This document shows, one piece after another, positions 10,497-20,826 of a stretch of DNA of 32,314 bases. Numbering within the stretch: the stretch's first letter is position 1; every line of letters begins with the position of its first letter. The DNA comes from Alloascoidea hylecoeti (taxonomy: Eukaryota): positions 62,001-94,314 of the forward strand of contig BCKZ01000017.1 in the NCBI GenBank assembly GCA_001600815.1, given 5' to 3'. The position numbers were made by a program, and so were the translations under genes. Below the pieces are notes generated by a model. The model was given only the letters and a program-made list of their open reading frames with translations. It was not told the DNA's origin and ran no database searches.

Positions 10497-12266
10497 TTAA
10501 TTTTGTAGTCTATTTCGGTTAACGTTATCAAATTCTTGTTTCTTTATATCATCGCGGTCTTTAATATACTGCTTCATTTGTTCCGCTTCAGGAGGGATAC
10601 GATCACTCCTACTATTGTACAATACTATTCCGTTATCCAAGGCATTTAATCTTTCCTCTCTCTTATAAAACCATAAAAACACAAACGAAAAAACAAATTG
10701 GCAAAATGCAAAACAAGCTGTTGTTGTATAACCTTTTAAAAATCTTGGAGATTCTTCAGTAGGAAAAACAAGAACTGATATCCACACTGAAGTTGATTGA
10801 CCAATGATGAATGCTATTAACCAAATAATTGATCTTTCTTGTCCATCGTGTCTTAAAATATCACTAAACCAACCAAATGTTACACTACATTGAGACCATC
10901 CAAAATATTGTAGACAAAAGGCAAACCATTTAGCACGTTCAGGAATATCCCAAACTGCCAGAAGTATATTTCCAATTAGATTCCAAAATTGGGAAAAAGC
11001 AATTGCACCATATCTCGATCTAAAAATATCAGCTCCAAAACAAACGATACCAACCCATAATATACCAAGCGCTGGTGTAATTGTAGTCATATCATTCAAT
11101 TCGCCTGTATTATATCTGTCTAGTGATTTAAGCCATAAAGCATAGGATCCGGAAGAAGCATTTGTATTATTCCATAAAAAGATACTCATTAAGGTAATGA
11201 TATACAACTTCCAAGATTTCACGATTTTGAGCCATAACTTTTTATTCCAAAACGAAGTATTATAATCCGCAGCTCCAACGTCAGCCACTTTAAGCCTTCG
11301 TCTAGCTAATCTGATTTCATCATCTGTTAACCAAATCGAATAACATCGATTTGGTGTACCTGGCATAATAAAAAACCCAAATATACCGACTGGAATAGTA
11401 ATACATGCATCGACTATATACATCCATCTCCATCCCGATAAGCCATGTACACCATTTAATGTTCTTGCGGTCGCACTTGCTAATAAACCAGCAGTTATAG
11501 TTCCTAACATTAAACCAGTATAATGAAGACCACCACGTCTTCCAATTTCGGAAGGCTTATACCAACTTCCAAATAAATAATTCATCCCAGGATAAAAAGC
11601 TGTCTCAAAGACGCCGACAAAAAATCGTAATGCCATTAAACTTCCTGTGCTATTAACTTTATATGTTGCAAGAGTCAATAAGCCCCAGCATATATCAAGT
11701 GCTGGGAGCCAAAAATTTAGAGGATACCTTGGAAATATATACATAAAAGGTATGCAAAAGACAATTGAACCAATGTTATAAACAGCTTGTGTATTAACCA
11801 AATCATTTCCTCTCATACCGATTTCTTCTTTCATACCAGAAACATAAGAATTTGTCAAATTAACTTGATCAATAAATTTCAGCCAATATACAATGAAACC
11901 ATAAAAAACAACGATGATATCTAATTTTATTAATAGTCTTTTTTCCTCTTTTGTTGTTCCTTTATCATACCATTGAAACCAATCATGCTTCTTTCTTTCA
12001 AATTTATTATAGCGATATTCGTATTCATCGAAATATTTCCACCATTTTCGGTTTTTCTCATCTCTATATTCTAAAGTACGAACTTTATGATCATCATTTT
12101 GCATAATTAATCCCTCTTCAATGCCAATATCAACTGTCACAGATGGATTTTTACTATCTCTTGATTTTTTCGAATGAACCGATTCTTCAGATATAATGAC
12201 CTTTTCTTCATATAAATCCTCGACTTCCCTTAGATGAGGGATCCAATTGTATAGATTCATACGCAT
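10497..12266 (-). CDS. SEO1: MFS permease of the allantoate (anion:cation symporter) family, Seo1-like
   Basis: 589-aa multi-pass membrane ORF. EYRDEKNRKWWKYFDEYEYR, NSYVSGMKEE, GSWYKPSEIGRRGG, GLSGWRWMYIVD, EESPRFLKGY and NGIVLYNS match recalled yeast Seo1 segments. Confidence 0.88.
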   Translation of the reverse strand: MRMNLYNWIPHLREVEDLYEEKVIISEESVHSKKSRDSKNPSVTVDIGIEEGLIMQNDDHKVRTLEYRDEKNRKWWKYFDEYEYRYNKFERKKHDWFQWYDKGTTKEEKRLLIKLDIIVVFYGFIVYWLKFIDQVNLTNSYVSGMKEEIGMRGNDLVNTQAVYNIGSIVFCIPFMYIFPRYPLNFWLPALDICWGLLTLATYKVNSTGSLMALRFFVGVFETAFYPGMNYLFGSWYKPSEIGRRGGLHYTGLMLGTITAGLLASATARTLNGVHGLSGWRWMYIVDACITIPVGIFGFFIMPGTPNRCYSIWLTDDEIRLARRRLKVADVGAADYNTSFWNKKLWLKIVKSWKLYIITLMSIFLWNNTNASSGSYALWLKSLDRYNTGELNDMTTITPALGILWVGIVCFGADIFRSRYGAIAFSQFWNLIGNILLAVWDIPERAKWFAFCLQYFGWSQCSVTFGWFSDILRHDGQERSIIWLIAFIIGQSTSVWISVLVFPTEESPRFLKGYTTTACFAFCQFVFSFVFLWFYKREERLNALDNGIVLYNSRSDRIPPEAEQMKQYIKDRDDIKKQEFDNVNRNRLQN

Positions 12267-13406
12267 TTTTTTTTTTTTTTTTTTTGTACTTGCTGCTTAT
12301 ATAAAGCACAATTGCAAGGTGTAAAGAAAATAGAGAAAGCTTTATCTTTTGATCTTCAAGGAGGGCCGAGAATCTTATATAAACTCGATGACTCTTATAA
12401 CAATACCCAATGGGAATAGATCTAGTATGTTAATGCAATTGATAACACCACTAATATTAATAATGTATTTTATTGAACAATTCTTTTACCCTTTGATCGA
12501 TGTATAGTTACCCAAGTAAACCACTCCAACTGCTATTCCTTTGTTATTTAAAAATAACTCAATCCTCTAGTGTAATTCACAATTGAGTATTAAAGAATTT
12601 TTCCGTAGATTGAGTATATGATTGATCTACTACGTATCTTCGAGGATTATTCATTTTCCGAAGTGAATCAAAAAATCAGCACATTATACAGGAATCAGAT
12701 TAATTATAATATAAGTCACTCTATAAAGTTGTGAACCAGGGTCGCTGCAGTACGTTTTTTAAGTCAAATCAAGATCAACCTTCGGTTGAAAAATAAAAGC
12801 TGATTAATGATGTATCGATAAGATAATGGCCGCTGCTATATGGCGGTTCCATACCATCTCATGACGAATCATAACTCTCAAATTGGTGAACATTCTTCAA
12901 CAGATCTCCCAAGTTGCCACAATACTAAACCAACTGGTATTCCAATTATAAACATATCGTGTCATGCGGCTGTCTTTTTAGTTTTTACTGCGTTAACCTT
13001 GGTTTCTTCCTTTCTCGAGATCTGATTACAATTGAGAGCTCAGCTTATCGCAAACACTAATCGCTTTGAAATACTCCATTTACATATTTGATATAACTTA
13101 TATATAATTGAAGCATTCGTACATATCATTCTATAAGAATATGTAAGCATCAACACCTGATGTATTATCTTGATTTAATATGTTACGTTTATAGTAACTT
13201 TATGCTTTCTAGGTCTTCTTCTTCAAAAATTTAAATATTACAGAGAAATCGATAAAAATATATTCAGCTTGTCTTTTTGCTGATAATTCTATTGATAGAT
13301 GACATTATAAATAGTATAGTAATAATAATGCTATAGTTATGATCTATGAATATTCCCTAATTATGAGTCTATGACTATGTATTTTGTTTTTGCAATTGAT
13401 GCATGA

Positions 13407-16400
13407 TCAATTCCCACGGTATAAATCTCGTTGATTTCCTGTTTGTTCTTCTATAAAACTCCCCCCAATACTATTATCACTATAGCTAGCTATAGTACTA
13501 CTAATACTTGAGAAATTTTCATTATTAAATAATAACCCTTCTCTTACTGCATCAGCATTGCTGGTTTCAATGATATCGAGATCGAGTTCCGGTGATATTT
13601 CCGATTGTAAACTATTGCTATCGATATCACTTCTAAATTTTGAAGGATTTTTGGATGTTGAAACGTTAACATGTGCGTCGTCTGTATCAATATCACTAGT
13701 ATCATAAACATTAATATTATTCTTACGATCCCAAATAGTTTGTGGTTGTATTAAAGTAACATAATCATCATCGCTTCGATTTATTCTTTCTCTTTCAAAT
13801 TCTTTCCAATGTTTCATAACGATTTTACTAGCATCAAATTTCCCTTCACCTTGATCATGACCTTTATTTGCTGCATCACCACCTGCTATTTCTCTTGTTT
13901 GCCCCCAACTAAAATCATCAAATTTCCAAAAGGCATATGTTGGTAATACAAAATTCCAAATAATTAGTGCACATAAATAGATAAACATCCAAACTACATA
14001 GGACCAACGAGCAGCAGTTATAATAATCAAAACACCTGGTAAACCTAAAATCATTGCTAATAAAATCAAAGATAATGTAGCTTGTTGAATATCAATAAAT
14101 GCAATGACAATAACATACAATGTAAAAGCAATTGCAGCAGGTAGGACTAAAGTACCCATTAATTCAATGAATACAACAAATTGCATTGAAAAGCAAAACA
14201 CACCACATAAATCTTTAACGAGTACTAATTCCATTAGATTATGAACAGTTGAATTTATCCACCTTCTTCTTTGTGATAATAAAACAAAAAATTCATCAGG
14301 AACAATTGTTTTACAACATGCTTTTGGAACAAAGATTTGTTTCCTTTTTGGGAATGCTCGTAACATTAATGAAGTTAAATATCGATCTTCTCCCAATAAA
14401 AGCAAATTCTTTTTATGTAAAGAATCAGTCACATTATCAGCATATCTTTCAACAATATCGGGACTTGCAAGTATCGGCACCCAATAACGACTTGAACCTT
14501 TTGGAGCCTTAATTCTGTACATACAAAAGCAACCAGGTAAACAGGTAACACCACCAAAAATCGATTCAAATGCTTTTGCTTGATGATGAGAAATATAATA
14601 TTCAAATACTTGGATTGCTGTTACCCAGGATTGTGATTTATTTGATATTTTAGTTTCTCCACATAAACCCATAATCATTGGATCTTTTACCATTTCTGCA
14701 ACCATATGAGTTAATGAATCTGGATAAACTTTTGTGTCTGCATCGACCATCAAAATTATTTCATATAAATCTGCAAATAACCCAGTTATACTCCAAATGT
14801 TTGATAGGATTTCGAATTCAAGCCTAGTCATACGTTCATCAAACATTAAATGTTGTAAGAAACTCATCAATATAATTTGTGTATCTCTTTTACCCCTATT
14901 TCCAGGCTTTGATGTACCATCTTCTTCCGGAGTACCACATTTGACAATACATACAACGGGGACGCGTTGTTGTTTATTTAATGGTACAGTATTATTATCA
15001 TATTTATAAAAACCTGAATAAACTTTTGCCATATTATGACGTTTTGTTCCTTTTGCAACAGCGATGTAAGAATGAGGCAAAACTTCATCTTTTGGTATTG
15101 AAAAATCCTCCATCATATCTAAACAAATATCAGGGGTTGTTTGATCATTACCAGAACCTTTAATTATACCATCACAAATAATAACTAATAATTTATGTGA
15201 GTTTGGATAATCTGTAGTTGCTAATGAATCACATGTTGTTCTTAAACCTTCAATTGATTCTGAATAGGCGGTGATTAATAATAAAACATGAGGTAATGGA
15301 TAACCAAACGGTTGAAATTCCAATGGGGGTTGAGGTACTACATTTGAATGAATTGATTCAAAAGATAGTTGATTTCCACAAGAGTACACAGATTGCAATG
15401 GCGACGTTTGCAATTGGTTATTTTTCGAGATAGGAGACAAAGAAGTAGATACAAGGGGACTAACACCAATCTTTGCAGATTTTCGTTTACTGCTATGAAT
15501 ACTTGATCTTGCTTCAGAAGCTGCAGCTGATTGTGTTGACATTGTAACCATCTGGTTCTTTCCATAATTGGTAGAAAATTTTGAATGTTTTCTTTCATAC
15601 CATTTTTCTTTTTCAGTGCTTAACCTTTTTTTACCTGAAGGTGATGTGACAGTTTGAATTGGGCCCTGCGAATTTTGATTATTACTCCATTCTTCTAACT
15701 GATTTGATCTTTCATTCATTGATTTATTATCCATATAAAATGCACCTTGTCTACCTGCAACAAACCAATGAAAATAACAAGCAAATAAGAATTTAATTAT
15801 AACAATTGCTAATATGAAAGCTAATGATACGACCAAAACAACCTTTGATGATATACACCCGATTGATGTTGAACTAACAATACCAATTTTAATGGTTTCC
15901 CTTAAACAGTTTGCAACTCTTCTACTGTCATATGAGGTCATTTGTAATGAAATATCGTGTCCTCTGATTTCTTTGTCATTCTGTAAATCATCGAAAATTT
16001 TGGGATAATCGAGGTTTGTAACATCCAACCAATGAAGCAGATCTAGGTCTAATACATCACCATTATAAACAACCAAATTTCTTGAGGAATTTTTGATATT
16101 AACCCAGTCTAAATAAATGCCACCAACGGTATGCAAATCATATAAATTTTTTCTTGATTTAATTGATGTATGACATGACCAACCATTATAATACATATCA
16201 GTAAAATTTGGTTTAGTTGAACCATCAGGATCAAAAACTCTACATGGGAAATACCATGCCAAATTATCATCATCATCAAATGGAATTGTACAATTATGCT
16301 TTGGTGTAATTAAACCTTTACAGTTCCCATTAACATTTTGAAACAAAAAACTTAAATCATTACCACCAGCATTTATTGGAGGAAATAAGATATTCGATTT

Positions 16401-17143
16401 TTTACTGATACCAGCTACTTTTGGATGAATAAATGAGGAAGCATTAAGAGCTTGACCATTTATTAAAATATATCCAGCGAGTTCGGTAGAATTAGCAAGA
16501 TTAAGTGTTATGGAATTAGGGCGACAAACCGTTTTAGTAAATCCAAAAGTTAAAAAGGCAATAAAAGCAGCCAGATATAAAATGATTGAGATCAAACCAA
16601 TTTTTTCTCTCCATGCTAATTGTCGATCTTTATCGGGCATGCCACACAATCTCATCAATGGAGTTGGAATCCACCATGTCAAAGCCCAACAGTAAATGAT
16701 CCAACTTGAAGGAAATGATTTATCGATATCATTTTGATAGTCAGCAGTGGTTTTAGAGCCCCAGTTTTCTTGTACTGGTATTAGACCGTTACCACGACCA
16801 CGACCATGACGTCGCGAACGACTAGCTGTGATACCACCTCCTTCAATAATAATATTTGGAACTTCAACGTCAGATGTATCTTCTTTTGACTCTCTCAAAC
16901 GCTGAATATAATGATAGTTAGATTGCGATGGATCCAAGCGAGATCTTTCTGGTATTGTTAGAGTTTTCTTTTTGGAAAGTTTTAAAGCAGCAGAAGAAGT
17001 TGGAACTTGATATTCTAAATTAGGTTCAACATCAACATGCTTATAATCTATTTTTTGAAGGATCCAAAGAGGATGTCAGTAAAATTGCATTTGTGCATCA
17101 TAAATAGTATCTTACTAGCAAAATTATTCCTTCTAACGCTCAT
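13407..17143 (-). CDS. CHS3: Class IV chitin synthase (Chs3-like)
   Basis: The true start is upstream of the ORF-track TTG. Exon 1 17143-17116 (MSVRRNNFA), intron 17115-17048 (GTAAGA..TACTGAC..TAG), exon 2 17047-13407 (..TIPERSRLDP..). Motifs: AWREKIGLI, cytochrome-b5-like region, GNRGKRD, MVDADT, TCLPGCF, LGEDRYL, QRRRW and KFDDFSWG. Confidence 0.95.
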
Positions 17144-17350
17144 GGTTTTATTGCTAAAATCAATTGTAGTTGAAAAGAACAAAGAATTTGAAAAGTCCAA
17201 AATTTCTGGATTTAAAGGGGGTATTTATATAATCAAAGGGGTTATTTATAGCCCCAAGATTGTAAGTGTTCAACGGATACACTACTTTTTCGTATTGCAT
17301 GAGTACCAAACATTGGCATTTCTGTGATTTCCATCGCAAACTTTTATACA

Positions 17351-18219
17351 ATATTTATTCATATGAGATTCCGTTCCAATGTATGCAGGGTCTACAGGAA
17401 ATCTTAAATGAACATTGCCAGTCAGATAACTTATCACCAATAACTTGCAATGTTTAAACTCAGTTAAGTCGAGTGGGAATGTTAATCAAACAAGGCCTGG
17501 GCAGTGGCATCCAAAATAATACTTGTATTTACAATCGCTCCAGACTATTGAATCGTCTTTTAATTACTAATTGTAATCATAAGCTTGAAATGATATTTTA
17601 TTCCCAGAAGGTTTCCATCGATCATTTAATATGTACTGAATTTGTTTCCTGCTTTCTTCAGTACTACAAACCTGTCTTTCCAGAATCTACATTTTAAACA
17701 AAAATCCGGACTTAATTGTTAAAAATATCAGGCATGAAAATATTTTGTTCAATGAAAATTACGTGTTTGAAGGTTACCGTTGTGTTTTATTAAATATCAA
17801 TATTACGAACGTTACGACCATAGCTGCAGGTACCATTTCTGCATCAGAAAAAATATATTTACAGTCGTTAATTTGTTGCCATCTTGATTATTAATTTCAT
17901 CTAACTTTTGTGGTATAACACCATAGATAGCATTTCCAAGTGATGACTCTAAAGAAAAAACCCTCTTCAGATTCCATCGTTTGAGCATCTCTCTATCTAT
18001 TTTTGTACTTTCTTTTCCCGTGACTACAATTTATTTTGCTATTCTTACGAAATACGGTTTTAATAAATAAACAAGCACGGGGAAGATATACAAATAACTA
18101 TTATTCACAATACTAGATTCGTAACCAGTGGAAACTTGGAACAAGGAGAACAGGAATATGAAACCTTTACTCTTGTCGTAATTTAATATAAAGTTTATGC
18201 GACCAATAAACGCTACCAC
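17351..18219 (-). pseudogene. Decayed coding-like sequence of unknown origin
   Basis: Minus-strand frame 18219-17812 has only one internal stop in about 135 codons. Frame 17686-17351 has 3 stops in 112 codons. Both are more open than the surrounding AT-rich intergenic DNA, but no family was recognised. Confidence 0.35.
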
Positions 18220-19108
18220 GAATTGCTAAACCAGCAACAAATATAAATTATTGAAAATATTATTACTCGAATCTACCTAATCTCATAATTTCCATAATAG
18301 ATGTTTGATATTCAATTTTGTAAATCTTTTTGTGGTGTTATTCTACGATTTTGCGTTATTGATGATCATGAGTTCACTAAAATATCAAAAGGTATTTTGA
18401 AAGATAATCTCGATATCGTGTAGGTTTTATCTCGTTTAATTAAATATGGAGATGGTACCTGTGCTTTCATTCTTATCGTTAGTACCACATAGTATTACCC
18501 CAACGACAGTTACCGGTGTTCAACAACTTTAGCCAAAGGCCTAGTTGGTAGATTACATTTTGATACTTCGTCGATGTCTGTTGAACTTATTTTAGGTTCA
18601 TGACCAAGATACAAATGAGAAGAAAACCTCCAGTTCATAATATCTTTCTGATTGGAAAATGCCAAAACTAGGAAGTATATAGGAAATGAATAAAGGTAGT
18701 TCAAACTTTATAACCCTTTCTTACATGGTTTCTTCTGTTTTTTGATAACATTCTACTCCAAATATCTTTAGATTCGGACTTTTTGTTAACACTAGCATTT
18801 ATTGCAATCAGCTATCTTGGGCGTCGTGTTGTACCTACTTCCTTCTCAGAATTGCTTTGTGGGATCTTCCAGCAGCTCTTTTAGTTCATTTATAGGAATT
18901 TTCCTAAGCGATTAATCAATCTGGTAGATCTGTATTACTTTGTATTACTATATGAGTCTGTATTTATCATAGGAAGAATATTAAGGGCTGATAATCATAT
19001 TGAAATTACGTTGGTACATGTATTACACACAGATGCAACGTCGGTACGAGCTTCAACTCCGCATAAAACGATATACTATAATCTTAAATTAAATATACAC
19101 TACCATCA

Positions 19109-19552
19109 CAGTTAGCCAAAATCATGATCAATCGACATATTAATCAAGGGCACCAAAAAATGGTTGCAATTGTAAAGTTATCATGTTTGCCTTTGTGTGT
19201 GTGAAATTGTACAACAAACCTGGATTTTCGTGTCCTCTGGATAGTTATCTTAATTATATGGGAAAAAGAGTCGATACTACTTGTGCCGAGGCATGTGGTA
19301 TCAATGCTACAACACCAAGTGACTTAGCATTGGGATTGGAATGTTACATATAGTGACAATTGAACATCGCTATTATATTTTTTCGTGTTTACAATAAGTG
19401 ATATTTGTAGTGTTTATATTTTTTATTACTGTCATGACCTATTTGTAAGGGTCATATATTGGTGCAATAGTTTTGTGTTGAGTATCCTTTTGCTTCTGTG
19501 TTACGTACCGCATCATGCCCAAATCCAAAATAAAAGTTATCTACGTATTATT
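19109..19552 (+). pseudogene. Inverted, internally deleted duplicate of the acid phosphatase locus (promoter piece, last about 55 codons and 3' flank)
   Basis: 19109-19192 matches the reverse complement of about 28104-28200. 19205-19372 is nearly identical to the reverse complement of 26154-26327 (..PGFSCPLDSYLNYMGKRVDTT.AEACGINATTPSDL..) with 1-nt and 5-nt deletions. About 19378-19552 matches the reverse complement of about 26050-25903. Confidence 0.92.
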
Positions 19553-19976
19553 ATTACATTAGTATCCATGCCAATGCGACTAAATGGAGGTCTTGTTTTT
19601 TTACTGGAATTGTATCCAGTAATATTTAGAAAAGTTAGGAGTCCTGAATTATATGTTATTTAATAATAATTCCTTAATAATTGGTACTTTAATCAAGATT
19701 CCATGTTTATAAATTATTCATATTTCCTTACATCGTATTTTGTTTCTTTTTCATCACATGATCAAAAGTGCCTGGGTTACCCGGCCATGAGCGATATGGC
19801 TGTTTGGGTTTTGGAAACGCGACTCACCTTTTATCTCCACATTTTCTTCTTCTTCTCCACAGTTTCCACCATCAAAAGCTTCTAATCTAATCAGTTTCCA
19901 ACCATCCATCATTAACGTATGTATTTTTTTGCCACACACTTTCTGCGTTATCCCAACTAATAATTTTTAGTCCAAA

Positions 19977-20529
19977 ATGAATCCAATTAATGATCTAGTC
20001 GTTGCCCAAGATGCCCGAGCTGCACGAAGAGGGGCAAATTCGCCGGCACTCACAGCGCCAAAATCAAGGTCAAACTCAAGACCAAAATCAGTCAGCGTGC
20101 CCGGCTTCAGATAATAGGCCCCATCCTGATCTTCAAAAGCTCTATCCAACTCCAAACGAACTCAAACTCCCGTTCATTAGAATTAATCTTTCCGAGCCAG
20201 AAGAGTCAGAATTGGTGGACTGTCTGAGGTTTGATGAAAGTGCCCCGCTTGAAGAATTCTACGGTGAGCTCTCAATACTCTTTGGTCGAGCGCTAAAGCA
20301 TAATGTAACTCAAGATATTACGTGTAAGTGGAAAGAAAATATTAGAAATAAAAGTGTCGGACCGACTTCTTGACAGGTATTTATATCATTAACTGATAAA
20401 AATTCTTTTGAAAGATTATCAACCAAGGATATAAATGTTGAGTGCAAACGTTATGGAGTGAAGGTTGATCTCACTAATAAAGCAAAAGTTGACCAACTTA
20501 TACACTTTATAGGAGGGTGTTTGGATTAG
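19977..20529 (+). pseudogene. Disrupted ORF preceded by a 5'-UTR intron; possibly a retroelement ORF1/gag remnant
   Basis: Intron-like 19917-19970 (GTATGT..AACTAAT..TAG), then ATG at 19977 (MNPINDLVVAQDARAARRG..). A frameshift near 20100 leads into PASDNRPHPDLQKLY.., with an in-frame TGA at 20371 and the frame continuing QVFISLTDKNSFERLSTKDINVECKRYGVKV.. to TAG at 20529. GC is higher than in the flanks. Confidence 0.5.
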
Positions 20530-20826
20530 CTTTCAGTAATAATTGTGAAGTATAAAATGCTATAGTCATAGTGATATCGCTCAAGAAAGTATAACTAGTG
20601 GATTCGTGTAGAATCATTGTGTAATTAAAATTAGCTATAGATTATAATTTATTACATAGCTTATCAGATTTTATCAGATTTTATAAGATATATATTGATA
20701 GGCTATATATTGATAAAGTGAACGAAAGGCAATTTCAACATACATGGTAGATATCATAGTTGATATCATAGTTGGTATCATAGAGTTACATGGTGACATT
20801 ATAAATAGAGAGAATTAATACTTGTT

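Noticed and set aside
12267..13406. Sulfur or nitrogen regulatory sites upstream of SEO1 (GATAAG, GCCACA) and a 61-aa ORF
   Set aside because: Isolated short motifs without a Cbf1 site or clustering; the ORF has no support.
13479..13496. Perfect 18-bp palindrome ACTATAGCTAGCTATAGT
   Set aside because: It lies within the CHS3 coding tail, is low complexity and occurs once; no functional context.
14249..17697. Many 60-96-aa ORFs in or near CHS3
   Set aside because: Antisense or frame shadows. 17037-17327 overlaps the real CHS3 exon 1 and intron on the other strand.
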